NCBI GenBank assembly: GCA_002495645.1 | Contig: DAGF01000091.1 | Coordinates: forward strand, 1-49,476 | Length of the DNA stretch: 49,476 nucleotides | Source: Euryarchaeota archaeon UBA549 | Lineage (GTDB): Archaea; Thermoplasmatota; Poseidoniia; Poseidoniales; Poseidoniaceae | Direction: 5' to 3' | Shown: in pieces, positions 26,267 through 35,672 of the stretch | Layout of the letters: the number at the start of each line of letters is the position of its first letter | Numbering within the stretch: position 1 is the stretch's first letter | Made by a program: the position numbers and the translations under genes | Notes under the pieces: generated by a model | The model's database searches: none | The model's input: the letters and a program-made list of their open reading frames with translations, nothing else | What the model was told of the DNA's origin: nothing

Positions 26267-27115
26267 ATGGATGCAGAAGTCTCTCCAGAAATGGCAGCCC
26301 AAGTGCTCGGGATGTTGACCGACGGCGGGTCCATGGACCACATCAATACTTCACTTGCACTCCATCTCATCCCGCTCGCACAGGAAGTCAAAGACCAGGA
26401 ATTGGTGGAACAACTCTTGGAACACGCCAGCAAGGTGGCCAAGAACGATGAAGAACGTGGATGGGCCAAATTTGAGGCACTCAAGGTGATGGAAGCGAGT
26501 TTGGAGAGTTTTCTTCGGCTGGCCGAAGAAGCCGAGCACATCGAGGACGCAAAAGGCTTGACGGCGGCGGTCAATCACTACGTCGCACTGCTCTACATGG
26601 CTGAAGGGAAACTCGACGAAGCACGAGCCACCGCGCAACACGCTCTGCGCCTACGCCATGTCATCGAAGACAAACAGGGGCTCTCCTACGGCATGGCCTT
26701 GCTCATGGCCGTCGCCAAGCGACAGCACGACGAAGAGACCGCCATTGCCGTTGGCACCGAACGCTTGGAGTTGCTCATGACGCTCAAGGATGAGGAGGGG
26801 CAGATGGAAGTTCTCGCTGATTTGGCCCACTGCCAAGCGACCATCGGCGAGTTCACCACCGCACAAGACCTGTTTGAACAATCGCTGGAGCGAGCCAAGG
26901 GTCTTGGAAGCCTCTCAGGTCAACTGGTCGCACGGTGGGGCCTTGCTGATTTGGCTGAAATCAGAGAAGACTACCAAACTGCCATGCTGGTCCTCTCCGA
27001 CGCCCTTCACGAATTCATCGCACTCGATGTCCCAGCACCCGCACAACTTCGCCAGCGCATCAGCGATTTAACCGATATCAAAGGCCAGCCGCAGCCAGAC
27101 AATGGCGAAGCCTAG
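26267..27115 (+). CDS. hypothetical all-helical (TPR-like) protein
   Basis: 282 aa. ATG lies 9 nt after the SDR stop. Ala/Leu/Glu-rich helical-hairpin periodicity (e.g. ALLYMAEGKLDEARATAQHALRL). No catalytic motif recognised. Confidence 0.5.
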   Translation: MDAEVSPEMAAQVLGMLTDGGSMDHINTSLALHLIPLAQEVKDQELVEQLLEHASKVAKNDEERGWAKFEALKVMEASLESFLRLAEEAEHIEDAKGLTAAVNHYVALLYMAEGKLDEARATAQHALRLRHVIEDKQGLSYGMALLMAVAKRQHDEETAIAVGTERLELLMTLKDEEGQMEVLADLAHCQATIGEFTTAQDLFEQSLERAKGLGSLSGQLVARWGLADLAEIREDYQTAMLVLSDALHEFIALDVPAPAQLRQRISDLTDIKGQPQPDNGEA

Positions 27116-27167
27116 TGTGCCACACTCATTATGAGCCATGGCGGTGTGGGGTAGACGGTGAGTGTGC

Positions 27168-28418
27168 ATGGAGCATGATATCTTCTTCTCCATCTCCCAA
27201 ACGCCCGACGAAGACGGGCATATTCCAACCGAAGCCACGATGTTGAGAAATTATTTCCAACAACTGGCGTGTGCTGACCGCTTGGGCTTTGGCGTTGGCT
27301 GGATTGCTCAAGCCCATCTTTCCACAGAGACCCAGAAATCCAACCAGCGGCCTGTCGTGCCGCACTGGAAGGGTGAAGTCGGCCTTTGCACCGACTTCCC
27401 ACAACTTGCCTTGGAGTCCTTTCGGCGAACCAGCAACATCGAGATCGGCAGTGCCGTCGTTTCTATTCTCGCTTCAGGTGGCCCCATCGCACAGGCCGAA
27501 CGCATGGCGAACGTCTTGAGCTTGCACGGCCTTGACGAAAACGAACAACGATGCCTCCACGTCGGTTTTTCTGCCGGTCGCTTCGAGTTCATGGCGCGCC
27601 CGTACGGCGTCGTGCCCCGAAACGCCATCGAGGAAGCGGCGTGGCCCGCTTTGCGAGGTCAAATCTTCATGGAAGCTGCCGAAATTTTCCTCCGTTTGTT
27701 GCGAGGTGACGTCATCAATTCCACCATGATTCGCCCCACCGTCCTCACCCGAGCCAACTTCAGAAGCGACGAAGACTGGGAGGCCGTCCAGGACGCTGCT
27801 GTTGAATTTGAGGCGCTTGATGGTCGACCGGAAGAGATCAAGATCCCGTCAAGGTACGTGTTTGAAGACCTCAAAATCATCCCTTCGGACTTCCGTCGTT
27901 CCCTGTTGAAACTGGTCGCTGGCACGCACGACCCTCGGGCACAGACCTTCGTCAACACCATCCTCCCTGTCAAGGTGTTCAACCTCTCCATCACCTCGCC
28001 CGAGGTGATTGATGCAACCCACGAGCGCATGCGAGAGGTCTACCACACCGATGGTGGGGCGTGGAAAAGAAGCGATATGCCTCGAACCAGTTTTGTCTTC
28101 TTGAACGCAGAGGACGGCCTTTCGCCCGAGGAACAAAGTGCTGCTGCACACATCGAAGCAGACCGGGCACTGAGCGCCTATTGGAACGCCTTGGAAGGTA
28201 CCATCGACCCCGACAAAGTCTCGAAGGCGGCCAACAATGCGCTGATTGGAAACGTTGAGGAGGTGGCCAAACAGATGGTGGGGCGATTCCATCCCGAAGA
28301 CCGCATCATGGCGTGGTTTGATTTCTTCAACCACGACAGCGACCGAGTGTGTCGAAACATGACGGCGTACATGGAACAGGTCGTGCCTCGTGTAGAAGCC
28401 ATGTTGAGGGAGGCATGA
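27168..28418 (+). CDS. luciferase-like (LLM class) flavin-dependent monooxygenase/oxidoreductase
   Basis: N-terminal LLM pattern FFSISQTPDEDGH...ADRLGFGVGWIAQAHL with a TIM-barrel-like layout, about 416 aa. The track start 27162 is GTG; the ATG is at 27168 (MEHDIFF). Confidence 0.7.
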   Translation: MEHDIFFSISQTPDEDGHIPTEATMLRNYFQQLACADRLGFGVGWIAQAHLSTETQKSNQRPVVPHWKGEVGLCTDFPQLALESFRRTSNIEIGSAVVSILASGGPIAQAERMANVLSLHGLDENEQRCLHVGFSAGRFEFMARPYGVVPRNAIEEAAWPALRGQIFMEAAEIFLRLLRGDVINSTMIRPTVLTRANFRSDEDWEAVQDAAVEFEALDGRPEEIKIPSRYVFEDLKIIPSDFRRSLLKLVAGTHDPRAQTFVNTILPVKVFNLSITSPEVIDATHERMREVYHTDGGAWKRSDMPRTSFVFLNAEDGLSPEEQSAAAHIEADRALSAYWNALEGTIDPDKVSKAANNALIGNVEEVAKQMVGRFHPEDRIMAWFDFFNHDSDRVCRNMTAYMEQVVPRVEAMLREA

Positions 28419-29539
28419 AGATGGGCATTCATCACGATACCTTCTCTGCGGTCCAGCCTGGCAAACCGGGTTCAGCGATGTACCCAACCTCCCCACTCGG
28501 CGAAAAGGTGGAAGGCATCCCAACAGGACGGGACGTGGATTGGGAACCACTGGTGGATTACCGCCGCAACGGCGTGTCCGAAACAACGATTCACGGCGCT
28601 GTGGCGTGGGCTCACGGAGACGAAGTCATCCATTCCTTCGGAGGAAACGTCCTCTGCTACGGCCGCTCGATGATGAAACCCTTCATGCTCAAAGCCTTCA
28701 CAGAAGAGTTGGAGGATTGCTCGTGGGAGCAGAAAGCCATCGCTGTGGCCTCGCACAACGGGGATACCGAACACGTGGCGGCCGCCCAATCTCTGCTGAG
28801 CGAATCCGAGTGGCCATTGATGCTCACGCCGCTGGATGTCCCGTTGATCCAGTTCGGACGTCAGGTCCGCCGGCCGCGACGGTGGTTCCACACCTGCTCG
28901 GGTGAACACGCAGCGATTTTGCGAGGCTGCCGGATGAAAGGATGGAACCGTGCTGGCTACACCCTGCCAACCCACGAAGTCTTCCACGCCTACATGGAAC
29001 AGTTGCGAACCTACCTCGGCCCGGAGTGGGAACCGCTCCGCATCGCCAAGGACGGGTGCGGCTTGCCCACGGTCTCAAACACCGTTTCTGAGTTGGCTCA
29101 AATCTATGCTGGTTTGGTCCGCGACAAGGACGACGACTGGATTTGGGAGGCCATGGTCCGCCATCCTGACCTCGTGGGTGGCTTCAATCGTCTCGATTCC
29201 ACCGTACTCAAAGCCGGCGAGGGACGCGTCATCGCCAAAGAAGGCGCTGATGGATTGATCGGCATGGCCATTGAGCATCCCGACTACCCGAAGGGCCTCG
29301 GCATCGTGGTGAAAATCGCCCACGGATGGAATTCACAAGCAACCTGGTATGTAACTCGGGCCCTGCTGGGTGTCCTCGGCATCAATTTGCGAAACCCCTA
29401 CCCTCTTCACCGTCAGAAGGCCTTCATTGTTCCTGGTATCGTACCAGAACACTACCTTGATGTCCTTGAAACGGTTCCAACATGGGACGAATGGGACCCC
29501 GACCAAGACCGATGGCACTTCGATCACGAGGTGAGTTGA
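28415..29539 (+). CDS. asparaginase II family (PF06089-like) protein
   Basis: Motifs RSMMKPFMLKA, ASHNGDTEHV, CSGEHAAIL, KDGCGLPT, IAKEGADGL. The ATG at 28415 overlaps the LLM stop (ATGA). GAGGGAGG lies upstream at 28406..28413. Confidence 0.7.
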   Translation: MKMGIHHDTFSAVQPGKPGSAMYPTSPLGEKVEGIPTGRDVDWEPLVDYRRNGVSETTIHGAVAWAHGDEVIHSFGGNVLCYGRSMMKPFMLKAFTEELEDCSWEQKAIAVASHNGDTEHVAAAQSLLSESEWPLMLTPLDVPLIQFGRQVRRPRRWFHTCSGEHAAILRGCRMKGWNRAGYTLPTHEVFHAYMEQLRTYLGPEWEPLRIAKDGCGLPTVSNTVSELAQIYAGLVRDKDDDWIWEAMVRHPDLVGGFNRLDSTVLKAGEGRVIAKEGADGLIGMAIEHPDYPKGLGIVVKIAHGWNSQATWYVTRALLGVLGINLRNPYPLHRQKAFIVPGIVPEHYLDVLETVPTWDEWDPDQDRWHFDHEVS

Positions 29540-30987
29540 TGGAGCCGATTTTGAATTACATCAACGGCGAATTTCTTCCCTCAACATCAGGACGAACGAT
29601 GGAAACGGTCAACCCTGCCAACGGTCAACCCATCACCACGCTCCCACGTTCTTCCGCCGATGATGTGGAATTGGCCACGGCAGCCGCCCATGAGGCAACA
29701 CCATCGTGGTCGGCCACCACCATGGAAGAACGCATCACGTGGCTTCATCGAATTGCTGATGCCTTGGAGGAAGAGGCCGAAACGATCGCTCAACTTGAGA
29801 GCATGGACACGGGAAAACCGATTTCCCTTGCACGAAGGGTGGACGCCGCCCGTTCTGTATCCAATTTCCGATTTTTCGCAGATTTTGGAAAGAGCCACAC
29901 CGAGCCAACCTTTGCTGACCACGGTGCTGTCAACCATGTCCACCGCTCCCCTATTGGATGTGTGGGCCTCATCACGCCATGGAATCTTCCGCTCTACCTG
30001 CTCACGTGGAAGGTCGCACCCGCCTTGTTGATGGGCAACACCATCGTGGCTAAACCTTCGGAATTGACCCCAATGACGGCCAATCACCTGGCAAAAATCC
30101 TGACCAGCATCAACTTCCCGAAAGGTGTGTTCAACCTTGTCCACGGCTTGGGCCCTGAAGTTGGTCAGGCCATTGTTGAGCATCCAGAAATTCGTGGTAT
30201 TTCGTTCACCGGTGGAACGGCGACCGGCAAAATCGTCGCCGCCACCGCCGCACCGATGTTCAAGAAACTCTCCTTGGAGTTGGGAGGCAAAAACGCCACC
30301 ATCGTCCTCGACGATGCACCACTCGAAGACGTGATGGACGGCATCGTTCGAGCGTCGTTTACCAATTCCGGCCAAGTCTGCTTATGCGGCTCTCGTGTTC
30401 TGGTCGACGCCTCCATCTACGACCGATTCAAGGCCATGTTTGTTGAAGCAGTCAACACCATTCGCGTGGGCGACCCAACCTTGGAAGCTACCGTCATGGG
30501 TTCCGTGATCTCCAAAGACCACCAAACCAAAGTTGAGTCCTACATCGAACTGGGACGCCAAGAAGGAGGCGTGGTGCTGACGGGTGGAACAGCGGCCGAA
30601 AGCCCGGTGGACGACGTACCATCCGAAGGTGCGTTTTTGCGACCAACCGTCATCGAAGGACTCAGTTACACCGCTCGTACCGCAACCGAGGAAATCTTTG
30701 GCCCCGTCGTAACTCTTCATTCCTTTAACTCCGAGCAAGAGGCCATTGACATGGCCAACGCCACCCAGTACGGTTTGGCGGGCTCGGTGTGGACCGCTGA
30801 CACCGAACGTGGGCACGCCTTTGCTCAACGCATGGACACCGGTATTGTGTGGGTCAACACCTGGTTGAACCGGGATCTGAGAACGCCCTTTGGTGGTGTC
30901 AAACAATCGGGCGTTGGACGGGAAGGCGGCACATGGTCGCTCAACTTCTTTTCCGAATTGACCAACATCTGCGTCCAGCAACCTTGA
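29539..30987 (+). CDS. NAD-dependent aldehyde dehydrogenase, 2-hydroxy/2-aminomuconic semialdehyde dehydrogenase-like
   Basis: MEPILNYINGEF..., VSNFRFFADF (characteristic of the muconic semialdehyde DH clade), ITPWNLPL, catalytic Glu in LELGGKN, catalytic Cys in GQVCLCGSR. The ATG at 29539 shares one nt with the upstream TGA (TGATG). Confidence 0.85.
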   Translation: MEPILNYINGEFLPSTSGRTMETVNPANGQPITTLPRSSADDVELATAAAHEATPSWSATTMEERITWLHRIADALEEEAETIAQLESMDTGKPISLARRVDAARSVSNFRFFADFGKSHTEPTFADHGAVNHVHRSPIGCVGLITPWNLPLYLLTWKVAPALLMGNTIVAKPSELTPMTANHLAKILTSINFPKGVFNLVHGLGPEVGQAIVEHPEIRGISFTGGTATGKIVAATAAPMFKKLSLELGGKNATIVLDDAPLEDVMDGIVRASFTNSGQVCLCGSRVLVDASIYDRFKAMFVEAVNTIRVGDPTLEATVMGSVISKDHQTKVESYIELGRQEGGVVLTGGTAAESPVDDVPSEGAFLRPTVIEGLSYTARTATEEIFGPVVTLHSFNSEQEAIDMANATQYGLAGSVWTADTERGHAFAQRMDTGIVWVNTWLNRDLRTPFGGVKQSGVGREGGTWSLNFFSELTNICVQQP

Positions 30988-31025
30988 GAACACATGTTCA
31001 AATGCTTCCGAAGGGAGGTTTGGGC

Positions 31026-31754
31026 ATGGACGATGAAACGCTCCCACTCTTCGTCCTGCCCATGGTGCTTTTTCCGGGGGAGTTGCAGGAATTACGTGTC
31101 TTTGAACCACGCTATCGCCAAATGTTGGACACATGCATTCTGGACGAGCGACCGTTTGGCCTCGTCATGAACGACCCCTTTGAACCGGCCAACGGATGGG
31201 ACGGCCCACGAAGACATGGTTGCGAAGCCATCATCCTCAACCACGAAACGAGGGGAGTGAACCACTTCATCACCATCACCGGCGGTCGACGATTTTTCAT
31301 CGAGGAGGTCATTGAGCCGGCACTGCCACCGTTTTCTGACCCCAGCATGGCCGCTCTTGTCGAGGAGGGTTTGGCGCCCGATGTGGATACGCTGCTGCAA
31401 CATCTCCCAGAAGACGCGACCCATAGCAAGTTGTACATCTCGGCGAAGGTGACGTATTTGGAGGAGGTCGGCGAACTGGGCGAAGAGGACCAAGCCTACC
31501 TTCGCAGCCTCACCAGCAACATCGTCCACCGTGCCGGACGAGGCATGAACGTCGACGCCACCGTCTTGGACGGGTGGGTTGAATCCATTTGTGAAGAGCA
31601 AATCAACGAGCGGAAAGAGTCGATTTACAACATCGCAGCCCTGTGTCTCAACGACCTTGAAGCACGCCAACAACTGCTTGCCTGCTCCAGTGCTGCCGAG
31701 GCTTTGCACGAACTCCAGACCCATGTTTTCGGCTTCGTTGACGAGGCAGAATGA
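31026..31754 (+). CDS. stand-alone LON N-terminal (substrate-binding, PUA-like) domain protein
   Basis: [37 protein letters not shown] is the canonical start of the LON_substr_bdg domain. ATG at 31026 is preceded by AAGGGAGG. No AAA+ or protease module is present. Confidence 0.75.
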   Translation: MDDETLPLFVLPMVLFPGELQELRVFEPRYRQMLDTCILDERPFGLVMNDPFEPANGWDGPRRHGCEAIILNHETRGVNHFITITGGRRFFIEEVIEPALPPFSDPSMAALVEEGLAPDVDTLLQHLPEDATHSKLYISAKVTYLEEVGELGEEDQAYLRSLTSNIVHRAGRGMNVDATVLDGWVESICEEQINERKESIYNIAALCLNDLEARQQLLACSSAAEALHELQTHVFGFVDEAE

Positions 31755-31797
31755 ACGAAGGCGACGAATTGAAAACACGACGGGCGGTGGAAGGTCC

Positions 31798-32619
31798 ATG
31801 TCCGTCTACAGCGAAGCACGGAAGGTGACCACCCATACGCTGCAAGAAATGAAGCGTGCAGGCGAGAAAATCACCATGCTCACCGCCTACGACTACTCGC
31901 TGGCTCGCCTTGTCGACCAAGCAGGTGTTGATGTCATTCTCGTCGGTGATTCCGCATCGAACGTTATGGCTGGTCAAGTCACCACGGTACCGATGACCCT
32001 CGACCACATGATCTACCATGCCCAGTGTGTTGAGCGAGCCGTTGACCGCGCCCTGTTGGTGGTTGACATGCCGTTTGGCACCTACCAAGGCAATTCTCGT
32101 CAAGCCCTTGATTCCGCCATTCGCATCATGAAGGAGTCAAGCGGACACGCTGTGAAATTGGAAGGTGGAGCCGAAATCGTGGAGTCCGTGGAGCGTATCC
32201 TAACCGCTGGCATCCCCGTCATGGGTCATTTGGGCTTGACACCTCAGTCCATCTACAAGTTTGGGACCTACTCTGTACGAGCCAAGGAAGAGGAAGAAGC
32301 TGAGAAGTTGATCGCCGACGCCAAAGTGCTCGAAGCCGCTGGCTGCTTTGCCATCGTGCTTGAAAAAATTCCTCGGGACCTCGCCAAGCGTGTTTCGGCC
32401 GCATTGAGCATTCCCACCATCGGCATCGGTGCTGGACCTGATGTGGACGGTCAAGTGCTCGTCCTTCACGACCTCTTGGGCATCACGATGGATTTCTCAC
32501 CACGCTTCCTTCGCCGATACCTGAACCTCGCCGAAGAAATTGACGGGGCCATCAAGGGCTATTGCGCTGATGTGCGTTCAGGGGATTTCCCCAACGACGA
32601 GGAATCGTACACCTCGTGA
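31798..32619 (+). CDS. panB: 3-methyl-2-oxobutanoate hydroxymethyltransferase (ketopantoate hydroxymethyltransferase)
   Basis: [69 protein letters not shown] at 31798 within track ORF 31579..32619. Confidence 0.92.
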   Translation: MSVYSEARKVTTHTLQEMKRAGEKITMLTAYDYSLARLVDQAGVDVILVGDSASNVMAGQVTTVPMTLDHMIYHAQCVERAVDRALLVVDMPFGTYQGNSRQALDSAIRIMKESSGHAVKLEGGAEIVESVERILTAGIPVMGHLGLTPQSIYKFGTYSVRAKEEEEAEKLIADAKVLEAAGCFAIVLEKIPRDLAKRVSAALSIPTIGIGAGPDVDGQVLVLHDLLGITMDFSPRFLRRYLNLAEEIDGAIKGYCADVRSGDFPNDEESYTS

Positions 32620-33129
32620 TCACATCATCAGGCTGTGATAGAGCAACGAGCCGCCTAAGGCACCGATGTTGACGCCCATGGTGTGCCAAATGGCCAATCG
32701 GAACGGAGGAAGATGAAATCGCCACCACGAAGTGCTGACCCAAATCCAAAGCACGACCGTGAGGTACCCGCCGCACACAAAACCACCCATCCCGGTGGAC
32801 CAAACAAACATCAACGGGAGGCCGAGGGCTGCGATACCACCGAGGTAATCGAGCCACATCGATTGAGGATGAGGCGTAAGCCAGCGGTGGAGCAGGGGGG
32901 AGAAGAGCATCATGATCAGCAAACCACCTTGGGGTGGATTGGGCAGACCGTAGGTCAATTGCGGTGAAATGAAGGCTTGCCATAACGCACCTGCTGCCAT
33001 CCCGAACAGCGTGGGAAAGACCACATTCACCCACGTTTCCGCCCATGTGGCCGACATCGGTTGTTGAATCTGAACGCTTGTCTGAGCCGATTCCTCCGGA
33101 GCCGTATCCTCCAGAGTTGGTTCTCCCAT
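32620..33129 (-). CDS. hypothetical membrane protein (about 4 TM)
   Basis: 169 aa with hydrophobic segments (VVFPTLFGMAAGALW, GLLIMMLFSPLL, LGGIAALGLPLMFVW, FVCGGYLTVVLWIWV). Preferred over the Arg-rich overlapping ORF 32552..33256. Its stop abuts the panB stop (TGATCA). Confidence 0.55.
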   Translation of the reverse strand: MGEPTLEDTAPEESAQTSVQIQQPMSATWAETWVNVVFPTLFGMAAGALWQAFISPQLTYGLPNPPQGGLLIMMLFSPLLHRWLTPHPQSMWLDYLGGIAALGLPLMFVWSTGMGGFVCGGYLTVVLWIWVSTSWWRFHLPPFRLAIWHTMGVNIGALGGSLLYHSLMM

Positions 33130-33224
33130 GGCCCTTCCACAGCGACGGGTTGTTTATGGCTTCGTGTTTGAAACGCAACAGGTGATGCCGATGATGAATT
33201 AAACCTCGGCGCAATCCGTTGAGC

Positions 33225-34127
33225 ATGGGCAAGGGCCAGATTGTAGCCGGATGCATAGCTCCGCATCCACCGCATCTTGTTTACGCAGAAAACCCGCCCC
33301 AAAACGAACCCGTTGCGGAAGGTGGCTGGGAACAACTGCGTTGGGGATACGAACGACTCCGAGCCTCACTTTCCGAGCACGATTACGACGCCATCGTCCT
33401 TCTTTCCCCACACTGGCAAACCTATGTTGGCACCCATTTCCTTGGCCTCCCCCATTTTGAGGGCCTATCGGTTGACCCCATCTTCCCCAACCTCTTCCGC
33501 TACCACTACGACATGAACGTCGATGTTGAATTGGCGCAAGCGATTCACGACGAGGCAGCCAAAGCGGGCCTTCCGGTGAAGATGATGGAAAATCCAGACT
33601 TCCGAGTCGATTACGGCACCATCACCACCGGCCACTTGTTCAACCCTGACTGGGACAAGCCGCTCGTGGTCATTTCAAGCAACCGTTCAACGGCGTACTA
33701 TTCGGTTGAAGTGATGCAGGAAATCATGATCGAACTGGGCAGAGTCACCCGAAAAGCCATTGAGGCCAGTGGAAAAAGAGTCGTTGTCCTCGCCAGCAAT
33801 TCACTCTCACACCGACACTTCACGACCGAATCCGAAGTGCCCGAAGACATGAGCAAAGAGCACATCACCAGCCACGCCATGCACCTGTGGGACATGCGAA
33901 TGATCGATTACATGCGAAGCGGTCAAGCTCAACGCATCCTCGATGAGATGCCGGAATTCACCGAACAAGCCATCGCCGAGAGCGACGGGGGCGGGCTCTC
34001 TTGGTTGCTGTCCACCCTCGATGTGCCCGATTACCCCGCCATTCTCCACGGCTACGGGACCATTATTGGCACCGGTAACGCTGTGGTTGAATGGCCGTGT
34101 TATGCACACGAGGTGAACGACGAATGA
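33225..34127 (+). CDS. class III (LigB-family) extradiol ring-cleavage dioxygenase, catalytic beta subunit, 2-aminophenol 1,6-dioxygenase AmnB-like
   Basis: MGKGQIVAGCIAPHPPHLVYAENPPQNEP..GGWEQLRWGYERL, VDPIFPNLFRY, FRVDYGTITTGHL, SNSLSHRHF, PEDMSKEH, GYGTIIGTGNAVVEW. The track start 33219 is TTG; the ATG is at 33225. Confidence 0.8.
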   Translation: MGKGQIVAGCIAPHPPHLVYAENPPQNEPVAEGGWEQLRWGYERLRASLSEHDYDAIVLLSPHWQTYVGTHFLGLPHFEGLSVDPIFPNLFRYHYDMNVDVELAQAIHDEAAKAGLPVKMMENPDFRVDYGTITTGHLFNPDWDKPLVVISSNRSTAYYSVEVMQEIMIELGRVTRKAIEASGKRVVVLASNSLSHRHFTTESEVPEDMSKEHITSHAMHLWDMRMIDYMRSGQAQRILDEMPEFTEQAIAESDGGGLSWLLSTLDVPDYPAILHGYGTIIGTGNAVVEWPCYAHEVNDE

Positions 34128-35566
34128 GCCAAGGCGAAATCGTGGCGTCCTACGTCGTCCCCGTTCACCCCCACACGGTGTTGGCGCCCGACCAAAATCC
34201 AGGGTGGCGCCGCTTACGTGATGCTTTTGACGGGGCCGCTCAAACCATTCAAGACCTCGACGCAGATTTGCTCATCATCTACTCCACCACTTGGCCCTCC
34301 ATTATTGGCCATCAGATTCAGGCCGACCCGAACCCCGAATGGGTCATGGTCGACCACGATTTTCACGACCTCGGGTCCATCCCTTACTCCTTCAACATCG
34401 ATGCAGACTTCGCCCATGCCTGGAACGAAGCCAACAAACAACGAGGCCTGCAGAGCCGATGTGTGAACTACAAAGGATTCCCCATCGACGTCGGTTCGGT
34501 CGTGGCCTTGACCCTGCTGAACCCGGACAACAGCATTCCCGCCGTCATCGTCTCGTCAAACATGTACGCCAACCGAAGCGAGACCACGGTGCTGGCCAAA
34601 TCCTGCTTGGACGTCATCAAGGCCCAAGGTCGTCGTGCCGTCGCCATCACCGCCATGTCGCTGTCCAACCGAATGTTCACTGACTTTATCCAGCCTGAGG
34701 AGGATAAGATCCACTCGCTCAAGGACGATGAGTGGAACAGGAAGATTCTGGAATTCCTTGAACAAGGTCGCCTCGAGGATGTGGGTCAACTCTCACGAAC
34801 CATTCACCGACAAATCCGAGTGCAAAAGGTGGTGGCGTTCAAACCGATGTGGTGGCTTTCCGCCATGAACGGGAATCGAAACGATTTGACCGGACGCATC
34901 CTCGCTTACGAAGCGATTCACGGCGCCGGTGGTGCCGTGGTTCACATCGACCCAACATCGACCGGCGTGGGCGACAAAGAATACGACGAGGACGACGTGG
35001 AATACTTCCACGGCGAACGCGGTGTGTTGGAAGGTGCAGAGGAGAGCCAGACGGACGCAATCCAAAACACCGACGCTGGCGTCGATGCAACAGATGATGC
35101 AAGGGCAAGCGACAGCGGCCCTGCACTTTGGGACCCGACGGAGGCCAAAGGTTCGGTGAACACCGATGCTGCGCCAAAACCAGTGGGCGCTTATCCTCAT
35201 GCCCGCAAGGTTGGCGACATGCTCTTCCTCTCCGGCGTGGGGCCTCGTCAGCCTGGTACCAACGCCATTCCCGGAGGGCCCATCCACGATGAAAACGGGG
35301 AGCCGCTCGAGTATGACATCAAAGCCCAAACACATGCGGTTGTCAACAACGTGAAGCGAATTGTCGAGGAAGCAGGCGCTACCATGGACCAAGTGGTTGA
35401 TGTCACCACCTTCCTCGTGGACATGAAACGAGACTTTGCTGGCTACAATGAGGTGTGGGCTGAAACGCTTGGAAAGGTCGGACCCACGCGAACAACCCTC
35501 GCTATTGACGCTCTACCAACCCCCATTGCTGTCGAGATGAAGGTCATCGTCCACATGCCGGAATAA
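34124..35566 (+). CDS. fusion protein: LigB-family alpha-like subunit (AmnA-like), acidic linker, and RidA/YjgF/L-PSP deaminase domain
   Basis: The ATG at 34124 overlaps the upstream TGA (ATGA). N-domain at 34124..34954: LLIIYSTTWPS, VNYKGFPIDVGS, KDDEWNRKILEFLEQG. Asp/Glu-rich linker at 34955..35155. RidA domain at 35156..35563: APKPVGAYPHARKVGDMLFLSGVGP...TTFLVDMKDF..YNEVW...PTRTTLAIDALP..IAVEMKVIV. Confidence 0.8.
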   Translation: MSQGEIVASYVVPVHPHTVLAPDQNPGWRRLRDAFDGAAQTIQDLDADLLIIYSTTWPSIIGHQIQADPNPEWVMVDHDFHDLGSIPYSFNIDADFAHAWNEANKQRGLQSRCVNYKGFPIDVGSVVALTLLNPDNSIPAVIVSSNMYANRSETTVLAKSCLDVIKAQGRRAVAITAMSLSNRMFTDFIQPEEDKIHSLKDDEWNRKILEFLEQGRLEDVGQLSRTIHRQIRVQKVVAFKPMWWLSAMNGNRNDLTGRILAYEAIHGAGGAVVHIDPTSTGVGDKEYDEDDVEYFHGERGVLEGAEESQTDAIQNTDAGVDATDDARASDSGPALWDPTEAKGSVNTDAAPKPVGAYPHARKVGDMLFLSGVGPRQPGTNAIPGGPIHDENGEPLEYDIKAQTHAVVNNVKRIVEEAGATMDQVVDVTTFLVDMKRDFAGYNEVWAETLGKVGPTRTTLAIDALPTPIAVEMKVIVHMPE

Positions 35567-35672
35567 TTCCGGAATTCGGCGAGACAGAACCGTAAACGGA
35601 CAAGAGTTCAAGGACAGCCTTCAGTTAGAAGGGGATGTAAGCCAATCGGCTACCGGAAATCGGGGAATTACT

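Noticed and set aside
27849-31799. Long minus-strand ORFs 27849..28586, 28472..28987, 29587..30375, 30382..31134 and 31092..31799
   Set aside because: They are antisense to the LLM, asparaginase-II, ALDH and LON-N genes, all of which carry family motifs and are linked by overlapping stop/start codons.
32552-33256. 234-aa ORF overlapping the 169-aa membrane-protein ORF
   Set aside because: It is Arg/His/Gly-rich with no hydrophobic segments or motifs, and it would overlap both the panB 3' end and the amnB-like promoter region. The 169-aa frame encodes plausible TM helices.
35558-35572. Palindrome CCGGAATAATTCCGG spanning the stop codon of the AmnA-RidA gene, considered as a terminator or operator
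   Set aside because: The 7-bp arms leave only a 1-nt loop, so a stable RNA hairpin is unlikely, and no T-run follows. It could be a protein-binding palindrome, but there is no second copy or other support.
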